Assembly: GCA_963674755.2 (NCBI GenBank)
Contig: CAXXVS010000003.1
Coordinates: 416,001-480,000 of the forward strand
DNA from: Desulfobacterales bacterium
GTDB lineage: Bacteria > Desulfobacterota > Desulfobacteria > Desulfobacterales > UBA5852
Length of the DNA stretch: 64,000 nucleotides
Direction: 5' to 3'
This document shows, piece by piece, positions 1-10,175 of the stretch; position 1 is the stretch's first letter, and every line of letters starts with the position of its first letter. Below the pieces are notes generated by a model. That model was not told the DNA's origin, did no database searches, and saw only the letters and a program-made list of their open reading frames with translations. The position numbers and the translations under genes are program-made.

Positions 1-205
1 CGGGGTGGTTCCCAAAGAGCGCGTCAAGGAGATCATTCGCGAAGTATTCGATCTGCGGCCGGCGGCCATCATCGACTATCTGGATCTCCTGCAACCCATT
101 TACCGCCCAACGGCCGCCTACGGCCATTTCGGGCGCGATCAGGAACATTTTCCCTGGGAAAAAACCCATCGTGTGGATGAAATCCGCGGTTTGGCGGGAA
201 TCTAG
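1..205 (+). CDS. metK: S-adenosylmethionine synthetase, C-terminal fragment (5' truncated by window)
   Basis: FDLRPAAII...[12 protein letters not shown]...FPWEKT is the canonical MetK C-terminus; directly upstream of ahcY. Confidence 0.95.
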   Translation, partial: GVVPKERVKEIIREVFDLRPAAIIDYLDLLQPIYRPTAAYGHFGRDQEHFPWEKTHRVDEIRGLAGI

Positions 206-338
206 CCCGGCAGCCCTAATGCCAGAGGGATTATTAGCCGATAGGGACTGACAATACCGTTTCACACCCCTATTATATAGAGGTGTTACGCGCAGCCAAT
301 CTCGATATACGACTTAACCAATACAAGGAGCACCCTCC

Positions 339-1793
339 ATGACGATTATACCGATGAAAGATGCCTCTTCGGGCGTTTTGGCGCTTGATCTTTCATTACC
401 CTACAAGGTGGCCGACATGGCCCTGGCGGATTTCGGCAACAAGGAAATGCGCCTGGCGGAAAATGAAATGCCGGGCCTCATGGCCGTGCGGGATAAATAC
501 GGATCCAGCCAGCCGCTCAAAGGGCTCAAAGTAACCGGCAGCCTTCATATGACCATCCAGACGGCCATGCTGATTGAAACCCTCAAAGTTCTGGGGGCTG
601 ACATCCGCTGGGCCAGCTGTAACATTTTTTCCACCCAGGACCATGCCGCCGCCGCCATCGCTCACAATGGCTCGGCCGCCGTCTTCGCCTGGAAGGGGGA
701 AAGCCTGGAGGAATATTGGTGGTGCACGGAAATGGCCCTGACCTGGCCGGATGGCAGCGGTCCCGACCTGATCGTGGATGACGGCGGTGATGCCACCCTG
801 TTTATCCACCAGGGAGTCAAGGTGGAGCAGAGCCCCGACCTCCTGGATCAAACTTACGACAATCCGGACATGCACTATCTCATGGCACGGCTCAAAGCGG
901 GCTATGCGGCCGATACCGGCCGCTGGACCAAGGTGGCGGCCAGGGTGCGCGGCGTCTCGGAGGAGACCACCACCGGGGTGCACCGCCTCTATCAGCTGGC
1001 CCGGGACGGGGAACTTTTGTTCCCGGCCATCAATGTCAACGATTCGGTGACCAAATCCAAGTTCGACAACCTCTACGGCTGCCGGGAATCCCTGGCGGAC
1101 GGTATCAAGCGCGCCACGGATATCATGATGGCGGGCAAAGTCGTGGTGGTCTGCGGCTATGGCGACGTGGGCAAAGGCTGCGCGCGTTCCATGCGGGGGT
1201 ATGGCTCCCGGGTGCTGGTGACGGAAATCGATCCTATTTGTGCCTTGCAGGCGGCCATGGAAGGGTTTGAAGTCGTCACCATGGAAGATGCCGCCGCCCT
1301 TGGCGATATCTTTGTCGCGGCCACGGGCAACTATCATGTAATTACGGGCGCGCACATGGAACAGATGAAAAACGAGGCCATCATCTGCAATATCGGTCAT
1401 TTCGATAACGAGATCGATATGGCCTATCTGGAAAAGACCCCGGCCTGCTCCAAGGAAACCATCAAACCCCAGGTGGATAAATGGACCCTGGCTTCCGGTC
1501 GTTCGATCATCGTGCTGGCCGAGGGGCGCCTGGTCAATCTGGGGTGTGCCACCGGGCACCCCAGTTTCGTCATGAGCAACAGCTTTACCAACCAATGCCT
1601 GGCGCAGATTGAGCTGGCCTCGGGCAAACCGGAAAAGCAAGTCTACATCCTACCCAAGAAGCTTGACGAAGAGGTGGCCCGTCTGCATCTGGCCCGCCTG
1701 GGGGTTCGCCTCACCACACTCACACGCCAACAGGCCGACTATATCGGTGTCCCGGTGGAAGGGCCGTTCAAGCCTGACCACTACCGCTACTGA
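339..1793 (+). CDS. ahcY: Adenosylhomocysteinase (SAH hydrolase)
   Basis: Motifs [45 protein letters not shown], terminal YRY; RBS AAGGAG. Confidence 0.98.
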   Translation: MTIIPMKDASSGVLALDLSLPYKVADMALADFGNKEMRLAENEMPGLMAVRDKYGSSQPLKGLKVTGSLHMTIQTAMLIETLKVLGADIRWASCNIFSTQDHAAAAIAHNGSAAVFAWKGESLEEYWWCTEMALTWPDGSGPDLIVDDGGDATLFIHQGVKVEQSPDLLDQTYDNPDMHYLMARLKAGYAADTGRWTKVAARVRGVSEETTTGVHRLYQLARDGELLFPAINVNDSVTKSKFDNLYGCRESLADGIKRATDIMMAGKVVVVCGYGDVGKGCARSMRGYGSRVLVTEIDPICALQAAMEGFEVVTMEDAAALGDIFVAATGNYHVITGAHMEQMKNEAIICNIGHFDNEIDMAYLEKTPACSKETIKPQVDKWTLASGRSIIVLAEGRLVNLGCATGHPSFVMSNSFTNQCLAQIELASGKPEKQVYILPKKLDEEVARLHLARLGVRLTTLTRQQADYIGVPVEGPFKPDHYRY

Positions 1794-1823
1794 TGCGCCA
1801 ATCGAGGGTTTGATGTAAATACC

Positions 1824-1872
1824 ATCAAGGCCGGCCTGCCGTGAGCGTTAAGCACGGCAGGCCGGCCCTTGA
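1824..1872. terminator. Probable bidirectional terminator hairpin between convergent ahcY and nadK
   Basis: Perfect 15-bp stem GGCCGGCCTGCCGTG / CACGGCAGGCCGGCC (1829-1843 / 1853-1867). Confidence 0.7.
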
Positions 1873-1888
1873 TTGCTGTGCGCGATCT

Positions 1889-2755
1889 TCAGACCCGTCC
1901 GCCGCTCCAGCTCAGTTTAGCCTTCAAAATATCGAAATATTCGATTCCGGGGACTTTGATCATATGGACCGGATGGGGGCTTTTTTGAATCAGGATGCTG
2001 TCCCGGTGGTTGATTTCCATTCCGGCCTGACCGTCGAAGGTCAGGATCATATTGGAGGAATGCTTCTCGAGGGACATCTTGATGCCGGCCCGGTCCGGAA
2101 TGACCAGCGGGCGGTTGGTCAGGGTGAAAGGGCAAATGGGCGTCATGATGATGCCCGGGACTTCGGGGTGGATGACCGGGCCTCCGGCCGCCAGGGAATA
2201 AGCCGTCGAACCGGTCGGGGTGGAAACGATGAGCCCGTCGGCCCGGAAGGTCGTCAGATAGTGATTGTCGATATAGACTTCCACGTGCGCCAGCCGGGCC
2301 AGGGTGCTTTTGGTTACGACCACGTCGTTGAGCACGATTTCGCGGGAGCGCTCGCGACCGTCTTTAATCACGGTCACCGCCAGCCGCATGCGTTGCTGGA
2401 TGGCAAAATCCCGCTGGATGACGGCTTCGGCGGCCGAAAAGAGGTCTTCAGCCGTTGTTTCCGCCAGAAACCCCACCTGGCCGAACTTGACCCCCAATAC
2501 CGGCAGCGGCGTGTTGCCAATCCACCGCACGGCACTCAGAAAGGTGCCGTCCCCGCCGAGGACAAATAGGCAGAATAGGCTGGAGGGCTTCGGCGTGGCA
2601 GCGCTATCGCGAGCCGCGTTCTGGCCGGAAAAGTGCGGATCGATCCGGACGACCGAAATACCGCGGTCGGCCAACCAGTCCTCGAGTCGGTCGGCTGTTT
2701 GTTGTGCTTCCGCAACCGGTTTGACGATAATTCCGATGGTCGGGGCGTTGTTCAT
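1889..2755 (-). CDS. nadK: NAD(+) kinase
   Basis: GGDGTFL, GQVGFL, ND, ADGLIVSTPTGSTAYSLAAGGP motifs; start placed at MNNAPT (2755). Confidence 0.95.
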   Translation of the reverse strand: MNNAPTIGIIVKPVAEAQQTADRLEDWLADRGISVVRIDPHFSGQNAARDSAATPKPSSLFCLFVLGGDGTFLSAVRWIGNTPLPVLGVKFGQVGFLAETTAEDLFSAAEAVIQRDFAIQQRMRLAVTVIKDGRERSREIVLNDVVVTKSTLARLAHVEVYIDNHYLTTFRADGLIVSTPTGSTAYSLAAGGPVIHPEVPGIIMTPICPFTLTNRPLVIPDRAGIKMSLEKHSSNMILTFDGQAGMEINHRDSILIQKSPHPVHMIKVPGIEYFDILKAKLSWSGGRV

Positions 2756-2881
2756 GGGCACTCTGTGAAGGTGATGTCGGTGCGCTGATTGGGTATGGAG
2801 GTCACTGTGGCCTTGACTACTGCATCCTATCAGGACGGTCAAGCCGCAAAAGCCCGATGGCGCATGCCTGGGTGAATTTTC

Positions 2882-2910
2882 TTGACTCAAATGTCCCGCA
2901 TGACTATAAA
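2882..2910 (+). promoter_or_regulatory. Candidate sigma70 promoter of first liv operon
   Basis: TTGACT-17 nt-TATAAA about 60 nt upstream of livK. Confidence 0.55.
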
Positions 2911-2967
2911 AACAAGGCTTTCGGAATGAATTCGCCCTTAATTTGTCACTTTTTCAAGGAGGAGGGG

Positions 2968-4155
2968 ATGATGAAAAATCGCTTTGGAAGATATTTGGCC
3001 CTGATCGCGTTGATCGCGCTGGCCGGTATGGTGCTTTTTGCATGTGGCCAGCAGCAGGAAAAGCCGGCTGAAGCCACCAAAGACGCCGCGCCAATGGAAA
3101 AGACGGCCGAGCCCATCAAGTTGGGTGTTGCCGGCCCCCATAGTGGCGACTTGGCCTCCTACGGTATTCCTACAGTGCACGCCGCGGAATTGATTGCCAA
3201 AAAGCGTAATGCCATGGGCGGTATCTGTGGTCGCCCAATCGAGCTTCTGGTGGAAGACGACGTCTGTAAACCGGAAGTGGCCACCAATACGGCCACCAAA
3301 CTGGTCACCGACGGTGTCAACGTCGTCTTGGGGCATATCTGCAGCGGTGCCACCAAAGCGGCTATGGGCATCTACAAGGAGTCCAACATTATTGCCATGA
3401 GTCCGTCCGCCACCAATCCCGCCCTCACGCAAAGCGGCGAATACCCGAACTTTTTCCGCACCATTGCATCCGATGATGCCCAGGCGCGTCTGGAAGTCGA
3501 CTTCGCCCTGGATGTTCTCAAGCTGAATAAGATCGCGGTTCTCCACGACAAGGGCGATTACGGCAAGGGGTTGGCCGAGTTTGCCAAGGGCTTCCTGGAG
3601 GCGGACCCCCGGGCCGAAGTCGTGCTGTATGAAGGCATCACCCCGGGTGCCGTGGACTACTCCGCCGTGGTCCAGAAAATCAAACGGTCCGACGCCCAGG
3701 CCGTTATCTTCGGCGGCTATCATCCGGAAGCCTCGAAGCTTGTTCAGCAAATGCGCAATTCGGGTATGGACACCGTGTTCATTTCCGATGACGGCGTGAA
3801 AGATGACACCTTTATCAAAGTGGCCGGCGAATTTGCCGAAGGCGTTTACGCCACCGGTCCGGTCGACACGTCCAAAAACCCCATCGCGATCGAGGCCGTC
3901 GAGATGCATAAAAAGGAATACGGCGAAGAGCCGGGCGCCTTTTATCTGAACGCCTATGCTGCCACTCTGGCCTTGCTGAACGCCATTGAAAAGAGTAATT
4001 CCACCGACTATGATGTGCTGACCAAAACCCTGCGGTCGGAATGGGTGGCCACCCCCCTGGGCATCATCAAGTTCGATGACAAGGGCGATGCCATCGGTGT
4101 GGGCTTTGCCATGTACCAGGTCCAAGACGGTAAATATGTCAGCGTAAAATACTAA
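2968..4155 (+). CDS. livK: Branched-chain amino acid ABC transporter substrate-binding lipoprotein
   Basis: Lipobox LFAC, GHICSG, SPSATNP, HDKGDYGKGLA, FGGYHPEA; RBS GGAGG; followed by livHMGF. Confidence 0.92.
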   Translation: MMKNRFGRYLALIALIALAGMVLFACGQQQEKPAEATKDAAPMEKTAEPIKLGVAGPHSGDLASYGIPTVHAAELIAKKRNAMGGICGRPIELLVEDDVCKPEVATNTATKLVTDGVNVVLGHICSGATKAAMGIYKESNIIAMSPSATNPALTQSGEYPNFFRTIASDDAQARLEVDFALDVLKLNKIAVLHDKGDYGKGLAEFAKGFLEADPRAEVVLYEGITPGAVDYSAVVQKIKRSDAQAVIFGGYHPEASKLVQQMRNSGMDTVFISDDGVKDDTFIKVAGEFAEGVYATGPVDTSKNPIAIEAVEMHKKEYGEEPGAFYLNAYAATLALLNAIEKSNSTDYDVLTKTLRSEWVATPLGIIKFDDKGDAIGVGFAMYQVQDGKYVSVKY

Positions 4156-4173
4156 ACGCGGATATTCCTAATC

Positions 4174-4216
4174 CATCAGGGGTCGCGCCATCCAGTGCAG
4201 ACCCCTGATGTATTTT
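4174..4216 (+). terminator. Stem-loop after livK (partial terminator or mRNA stabiliser)
   Basis: 11-bp stem CATCAGGGGTC / GACCCCTGATG followed by TATTTT. Confidence 0.6.
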
Positions 4217-4332
4217 GGGTTTCCAAAGCTTTAGGGAAGACTATAGGGCCCCGGCCAGCCACGGTGAACGGCCGTGCCTGTTGAGGCCCTTGTAACCCCG
4301 CTGAATTGCATGGGGTTTGGGGATCGTTTGCG

Positions 4333-5235
4333 ATGGATTATTTTTTTGAGCTGTTCCTCGGCGGGCTGACCCGCGGCAGCATCTACGCGCTGATCGCACT
4401 AGGGTATACGATGGTCTACGGGATCATCGAGCTCATCAATTTCGCCCATGGCGAAATCTATATGATCGGCGCATTTACGGGTCTCATCGTCATCAGTGTT
4501 CTGACGTTTATGGGATGGCCGACGCTCGCCATTATCGTTATGGCGGCCCTGATCGCCATGATCTATTCGGCGGCCTACGGTTTCACCATCGAAAAGATTG
4601 CCTATAAACCCCTGCGGGGCAGCCAGCGCCTATCGGCCCTGATCAGCGCCATCGGCATGTCCCTCTTCCTGCAAAACTATGTTCTTCTGGCCCAGACGTC
4701 CAATTTTTTGCCCTATCCCAATTTGATTCCGGAATGGGAGTGGCTGAAGCCCTATGCCCACATCGTGCGGCCTACCGAAATCGTTCTGTACATTTCCACG
4801 GCCCTGGTCATGGTGGCGTTGACCTACCTGATCAAGTTTACCCGCATGGGGAAGGCCATGCGCGCCGTGGCGCAGGATCAGGAGATGTCCATGCTGGTGG
4901 GGGTGGACGTCAACCGCGTGATCTCGTTCACGTTTATCGTCGGCTCGGCCATCGCCGCCCTGGGGGGCGTTCTGGTCATGAGCCACATTGGCCAGATCAA
5001 TTTCTATGTGGGTTTCATTGCCGGAATCAAGGCCTTCGTAGCGGCGGTTTTGGGGGGCATCGGCAGCATGCCGGGTGCGGTGCTGGGCAGCCTCGTGCTG
5101 GGTTGGACCGAAAGTTTTTTCACGGGTTACATATCCAGCGACTATGAGGACGTATTTGCCTTTGTCTTTCTGGTGCTCATTCTGATCTTCAGACCGGCCG
5201 GTCTTCTCGGACGCTCCGATACGGACAAGGTCTAA
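4333..5235 (+). CDS. livH: BCAA ABC transporter permease
   Basis: YALIALGYTMVYGIIELINFAHG, KAFVAAVLGGIGS. Confidence 0.93.
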   Translation: MDYFFELFLGGLTRGSIYALIALGYTMVYGIIELINFAHGEIYMIGAFTGLIVISVLTFMGWPTLAIIVMAALIAMIYSAAYGFTIEKIAYKPLRGSQRLSALISAIGMSLFLQNYVLLAQTSNFLPYPNLIPEWEWLKPYAHIVRPTEIVLYISTALVMVALTYLIKFTRMGKAMRAVAQDQEMSMLVGVDVNRVISFTFIVGSAIAALGGVLVMSHIGQINFYVGFIAGIKAFVAAVLGGIGSMPGAVLGSLVLGWTESFFTGYISSDYEDVFAFVFLVLILIFRPAGLLGRSDTDKV

Positions 5236-5311
5236 GGGAGATCCCTTTTCGCCAAAAACCGCCGACCGTCGAGGTCGCTATTATTCCGGTTCGAGAGTGA
5301 AACGATAAACG

Positions 5312-6544
5312 ATGATGTCATTGCAAGAAATTAAAAAATCGTTCCTGGTGTCGCTCTGGTTCATGTTTCTCACCTTTCCCATCATGGTGATCAAGGTGAA
5401 CACCATCGAGCAGACCATTGATTGGCGTTGGTGGCGCATGGCGGGGGTCGGGCTGGGTGCATTTTGCCTGTCGTTTGTATGGCGGTATGCCATGGCCCGC
5501 AAGGAGGCAGGGAAGAAGAAAGCGGAAGATGACAATATTGTGAAAGTCCCCCTGTTCCAGCGGTTGCTGAGCGACCGCCGGTTCACGATCCCGGGGCTGG
5601 TGACGTCCGTGGCCCTGGTGGTGATCTTCCCGTTTGTCTTCAGCTGGTACCAGACCGGTATCCTCATCACGGCCCTGATCTATGTCGTGGTGGGGTTGGG
5701 GTTGAATATCGTTGTCGGCTTGGCCGGCCTCCTGGATCTCGGCTATGTGGCCTTTTACGCGGTGGGGGCCTACAGTTATGCCCTATTGAATTATCATTTC
5801 GGCGTGACCTTCTGGATGGCACTGCCCATCGGCGGCCTGTTGGCGATGATTTTCGGGATTCTTTTAGGCTTTCCTGTTTTGCGTTTAAGGGGCGACTACT
5901 TGGCCATTGTTACCCTGGGCTTCGGTGAAATCATCCGGCTGGTGCTGGAAAACTGGAACGAGTTTTCCTTCGGCCCCAGCGGTATCGCCAATATCCCCAA
6001 GCCCGGTTTGTTCGGTCTAAAACTCTCCCTTCAAGAATCGACCATCTATCTCTATTTTCTGATGATCGGTCTGGCCCTGATGACGATTTTCGTGGTCCGG
6101 CGGCTGCAAGATTCGCGCATCGGCCGGGCCTGGATCGCCCTGCGGGAAGACGAAGTGGCCTGCCAGGCCATGGGCATCGACAAGACCCGCACCAAACTGT
6201 CCGCCTTCGCCCTGGGGGCCACCTGGGCCGGAATGGGCGGGGTGGTGTTTGCCGCCAAAACGGCCTTTATCAATCCGGCCAGTTTTACCATCTGGGAATC
6301 CGTGATCATTCTGTGTGTCGTGGTGCTGGGCGGCATGGGGTCCATCCTGGGGGTTATTATCGGCGCGCTGATCTTGATTCTGCTTCCGGAATATCTGCGG
6401 GCCTTCTCGGAATATCGTATGCTCGTATTCGGCGCTCTGCTCGTCGTGATGATGGTTTTCAGGCCCGGCGGCATCATCAGCGGCGTTCGGCGGATCTATC
6501 ATTTTGAAGAGCCACAACAATCGACGGATAACCAAAAGGCATGA
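5312..6544 (+). CDS. livM: BCAA ABC transporter permease
   Basis: GLNIVVGLAGLLDLGYVAFY, LRLRGDYLAIVTLGFGEI. Confidence 0.93.
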   Translation: MMSLQEIKKSFLVSLWFMFLTFPIMVIKVNTIEQTIDWRWWRMAGVGLGAFCLSFVWRYAMARKEAGKKKAEDDNIVKVPLFQRLLSDRRFTIPGLVTSVALVVIFPFVFSWYQTGILITALIYVVVGLGLNIVVGLAGLLDLGYVAFYAVGAYSYALLNYHFGVTFWMALPIGGLLAMIFGILLGFPVLRLRGDYLAIVTLGFGEIIRLVLENWNEFSFGPSGIANIPKPGLFGLKLSLQESTIYLYFLMIGLALMTIFVVRRLQDSRIGRAWIALREDEVACQAMGIDKTRTKLSAFALGATWAGMGGVVFAAKTAFINPASFTIWESVIILCVVVLGGMGSILGVIIGALILILLPEYLRAFSEYRMLVFGALLVVMMVFRPGGIISGVRRIYHFEEPQQSTDNQKA

Positions 6545-7329
6545 AACCGGTTTTAGACGTCCATCAACTGACCATGGATTTCGGCGGCCTGCGCGCCCTC
6601 GATCACATCGATCTTCAGGTGAATGCAGAGGAGATCGTGGCCCTGATCGGCCCCAACGGTGCCGGCAAGACCACCTTTTTCAACTGCATCACCGGCATTT
6701 ACACCCCAACCAAAGGGGATATGGTGTTGACGCGCCCTGACGGGGAGGCCTCGCGCCTTAACGGCCTCAAACCCAACCGGGTGACGGAACGGGGCATGGC
6801 CCGAACCTTTCAAAACATCCGCCTTTTCCAGAACATGACCGTTCTGGAAAACGTCATGATCGGGCGCCACTGCCGGCTGCATTCCGGGATCCCGGGGGCC
6901 ATTATCCGGCCACCCGCCAACCGCCGGGAAGAGAAGGAGGTGGTGGAAGACAGCTATCGCATGCTGGAGACAATCGGCCTGACCCAGTATGTCAACGAGT
7001 TTGCCAAAAATCTTCCCTACGGTGCCCAGCGGCGGTTGGAAATCGCCCGGGCCCTGGCCACCGAACCGTTTTTGCTTCTCCTCGACGAACCGGCGGCCGG
7101 CATGAATGCCCGGGAAACCAACGCCCTGGATGAGCTCATCCTGCGGTTGCGTTCGGAAATGAAGGTAGCGATTCTGCTGATCGAGCACGACATGAAGCTG
7201 GTGATGAGCTTGTCGGACCGGATTTACGTTGTGGACTACGGTAAGAAGATTGCCGAAGGCAACCCCGACGCAATCAAACGCAACCCGGCGGTCATCAAGG
7301 CTTATCTCGGAGAAGATATCGATGCTTGA
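6541..7329 (+). CDS. livG: BCAA ABC transporter ATP-binding protein
   Basis: GPNGAGKTT, RTFQNIRLF, LPYGAQRRLEIARAL, LLDEPAAG. Confidence 0.94.
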   Translation: MKPVLDVHQLTMDFGGLRALDHIDLQVNAEEIVALIGPNGAGKTTFFNCITGIYTPTKGDMVLTRPDGEASRLNGLKPNRVTERGMARTFQNIRLFQNMTVLENVMIGRHCRLHSGIPGAIIRPPANRREEKEVVEDSYRMLETIGLTQYVNEFAKNLPYGAQRRLEIARALATEPFLLLLDEPAAGMNARETNALDELILRLRSEMKVAILLIEHDMKLVMSLSDRIYVVDYGKKIAEGNPDAIKRNPAVIKAYLGEDIDA

Positions 7330-8029
7330 GCTCAAAAATGTCGAGACCTTTTACGGCAACATCCAGGCCCTGAAATCCATCAGCATGGAAATCGCCGAGG
7401 GTGAAATCGTAACCCTCATCGGCGCCAACGGGGCGGGCAAATCCACGACCCTGATGTCCATATGCGGGCTCGTGCCGCCGCGCAGAGGCGAGATCTATTT
7501 TCAAGGGGAACCCATTCACGGTATGGCGCCCAATGCGATCGTATCCCTGGGAATTTCCCAGGTGCCAGAAGGCCGGCGCATTTTCCCCCATTTGTCCGTT
7601 ACCGAAAACCTGGATATGGGCGCCTTTCTGCGCAAAGACAAGGCCGACATTAAAAGCGACATGGACTATATATTTGAACTTTTCCCCATTTTAGCCGAAA
7701 GGCGGCACCAGCCCGGCGGCACCCTGAGCGGCGGCGAGCAGCAAATGCTCGCCATTTCCAGGGCCCTGATGGCCCGTCCGCGTCTTCTTCTGCTGGACGA
7801 ACCTTCGCTGGGACTGGCGCCTCTGGTGGTGAAACGTATTTTCGATATTATTCAGAAAATCAACAGCGAGAATAAAACAACGGTCTTTTTAGTGGAGCAG
7901 AATGCCAACCTGGCGCTTAAAACCGCCCACCGGGGCTATGTGATGGAAAACGGCCGCATTATTATGGCGGATGCCGCTCAAAACCTGTTGGCCAACGAGG
8001 ATGTACGCAAAGCCTATCTCGGTATTTAG
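7322..8029 (+). CDS. livF: BCAA ABC transporter ATP-binding protein
   Basis: GANGAGKST, VPEGRRIF, LSGGEQQMLA, VEQNA; ATG at 7322 overlaps the livG end. Confidence 0.94.
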   Translation: MLELKNVETFYGNIQALKSISMEIAEGEIVTLIGANGAGKSTTLMSICGLVPPRRGEIYFQGEPIHGMAPNAIVSLGISQVPEGRRIFPHLSVTENLDMGAFLRKDKADIKSDMDYIFELFPILAERRHQPGGTLSGGEQQMLAISRALMARPRLLLLDEPSLGLAPLVVKRIFDIIQKINSENKTTVFLVEQNANLALKTAHRGYVMENGRIIMADAAQNLLANEDVRKAYLGI

Positions 8030-8179
8030 CGCCATTCGCGGTACGAACGCCTCCCTATTATTTCAATCCGAAATAGCATACTCCAGCAGAGCTCACATGG
8101 GGCCCGCCGCCCAGTCTTGCGCGCCGGATTCTGCCATGGCAAGGTTGATTGTGTCCCCTTGTCGATGTAAAAGGGCGTT

Positions 8180-10024
8180 ATGACACCGCAAAATTCATCT
8201 GTCAGCCAAGCCATGGATGATACCCTTGCCGCCGACCACTCCGCTTCGCAGGATAAACCCTTTGCGCCACCCATCGACGGTGTAACCCAGCACAAAAAGG
8301 GCGGCATGAAGCAGCTGGCGGCTACGGCCATTTGTGGAAATGACATTACCTCCTCCTGCCTCTACGTTTCCGCCCTTGCGATTCTCTATGCCGGTCGCTG
8401 GGCGCCCGTTGCACTGCTGCTGGTTTCTGGAGTCCTCTATCTTTTCCGCTCCATTTATGCTGAGGTCGTGGGCGCCTTGCCGCTAAACGGAGGGGCTTAC
8501 AATGCGCTTCTCAATACGACCAGCAAATTCAGGGCATCCATTGCCGCTTGCCTGACGCTTCTCTCCTACATGGCGACGGCCGTCATATCGGCCAGCGAGG
8601 CCATGCATTACCTGAAGGCCATGTGGCCCGGATTCCCCGTGATCGAGGCCACCATCGGTATTCTGGCCTTTTTTATGGCGCTGACCATTATCGGGATTAC
8701 CGAGTCTTCACGGGTGGCGGTTTTTATTTTCATTTTTCACCTGGTAACGCTTGTGGTGCTGCTGGTTGCCGGTCTGGTTTATCTCGGCAATATCGGACCG
8801 GGCACGTTCGAAGCCAATCTCGCCATCCCCGAATCAGATGGCCTGGTCAATGCCATTTTTTTCGGTTTCGCCGCCTCATTGCTGGGTATTTCGGGCTTTG
8901 AGAGTTCTGCCAATTTCGTGGAAGAACAAGCCGAGGGCGTATTTCCCAAGACGCTGCGAAACATGTGGGTCGCCGTCACGATTTTCAATCCCGGGATGGC
9001 GTTTCTCGCTATGGCGATTGTGCCGATGCAGCAGGTCGCGGTCCACAAAGAGGCTTTGCTGGCGCATATGGGCGGTTTGTCCGGGGGTATCCTGCTGACC
9101 GATCTTATCTCTATCGATGCGGCGTTGGTGCTGAGCGGTGCCGTTCTGACCAGCTTTGTGGGTGTCAACGGGCTGGTAAGGCGTATGGCGCTGGATCGAT
9201 GCCTGCCGCAATTTTTTCTCAAAACCAATCGGCGCGGCACGACCCATCGTATTCTGATGTCTTTTTTCCTGCTGTCCGTTTCGGTGCTCCTGATCACCGA
9301 AGGGGAACTCAAGGCCCTGGCCGGTGTCTATACGATTTCGTTTCTATCGGTGATGGCGCTGTTTGCCCTGGGTAATCTCTTCCTGAAAACCAAGCGGGCG
9401 GGGCTGCCCCGGCCGACCGTCGCACCGCTGATGGGGGTATTGGTGGCCATAGGGGCCGTGGTCGCCGGACTGCTTGGCAATGCTGTCATGAATCCATCCT
9501 ATCTGGCGGTGTTTCTGGAGTATTTTATTCCCTCCGTCCTGCTGGTGGTGGTGATGCTGGGCCGCATCACCATCCTTCAGGCCTGCCTCTTTGTGGTCCG
9601 CTCGCTGCTGAAGTTTTTCATCAAGCGTATGATGGAGATCTCCCTTTTGATCCGCGGCAAGATCGATCAGATCAATTCGCAACAGATCGTTTTTTTCACC
9701 CGCGGCGACAACCTCTCCAATCTCAACCGCGCCATGCTGTATGTTCAGCAAAATGAGCACACCAACCGCATCAAAGTGGTGACGGTGGTCCGGGACCGCA
9801 CACAAGTATCGGCCAACCTAGAAAAAGACCTGGCCTTTCTCAACGAAGCCTATCCCAATATCGAAATTGAATTTGTCGTGCAGGTGGGAACATTCGGCCC
9901 CCAGCTCGTCAAAGAACTTTCCGCAAAATGGCATATACCGGCGAATTTAATGTTCATCGGTTCCCCGGGCACGCATTTTCTCTATGGCATCGCCGACCTC
10001 GGCGGGGTTCGCCTGATTATCTGA
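8180..10024 (+). CDS. APC-family amino acid permease with soluble C-terminal domain
   Basis: About 12 hydrophobic segments; GNDITSSCLY, NGGAY, GFESSANFVEE motifs. Confidence 0.85.
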   Translation: MTPQNSSVSQAMDDTLAADHSASQDKPFAPPIDGVTQHKKGGMKQLAATAICGNDITSSCLYVSALAILYAGRWAPVALLLVSGVLYLFRSIYAEVVGALPLNGGAYNALLNTTSKFRASIAACLTLLSYMATAVISASEAMHYLKAMWPGFPVIEATIGILAFFMALTIIGITESSRVAVFIFIFHLVTLVVLLVAGLVYLGNIGPGTFEANLAIPESDGLVNAIFFGFAASLLGISGFESSANFVEEQAEGVFPKTLRNMWVAVTIFNPGMAFLAMAIVPMQQVAVHKEALLAHMGGLSGGILLTDLISIDAALVLSGAVLTSFVGVNGLVRRMALDRCLPQFFLKTNRRGTTHRILMSFFLLSVSVLLITEGELKALAGVYTISFLSVMALFALGNLFLKTKRAGLPRPTVAPLMGVLVAIGAVVAGLLGNAVMNPSYLAVFLEYFIPSVLLVVVMLGRITILQACLFVVRSLLKFFIKRMMEISLLIRGKIDQINSQQIVFFTRGDNLSNLNRAMLYVQQNEHTNRIKVVTVVRDRTQVSANLEKDLAFLNEAYPNIEIEFVVQVGTFGPQLVKELSAKWHIPANLMFIGSPGTHFLYGIADLGGVRLII

Positions 10025-10175
10025 CCCAAGACAATATCGTCCCTGCTGGAGGCTCCACACAGCCCGTCTTTTGATCCACGTCCGTAGATTATTTTAGCGG
10101 CGTTGCCAAGGGCGGGCTACGCGGCCTACCGTGCCCTTGCCATCCGGGTGGCGCAGGTTGTGACCGTGTCGTGCG

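Noticed and set aside
206..338. SAH riboswitch or SahR operator before ahcY
   Set aside because: No GAGGAGCG/CGCUC core; only a half-site-like CTCGATAT
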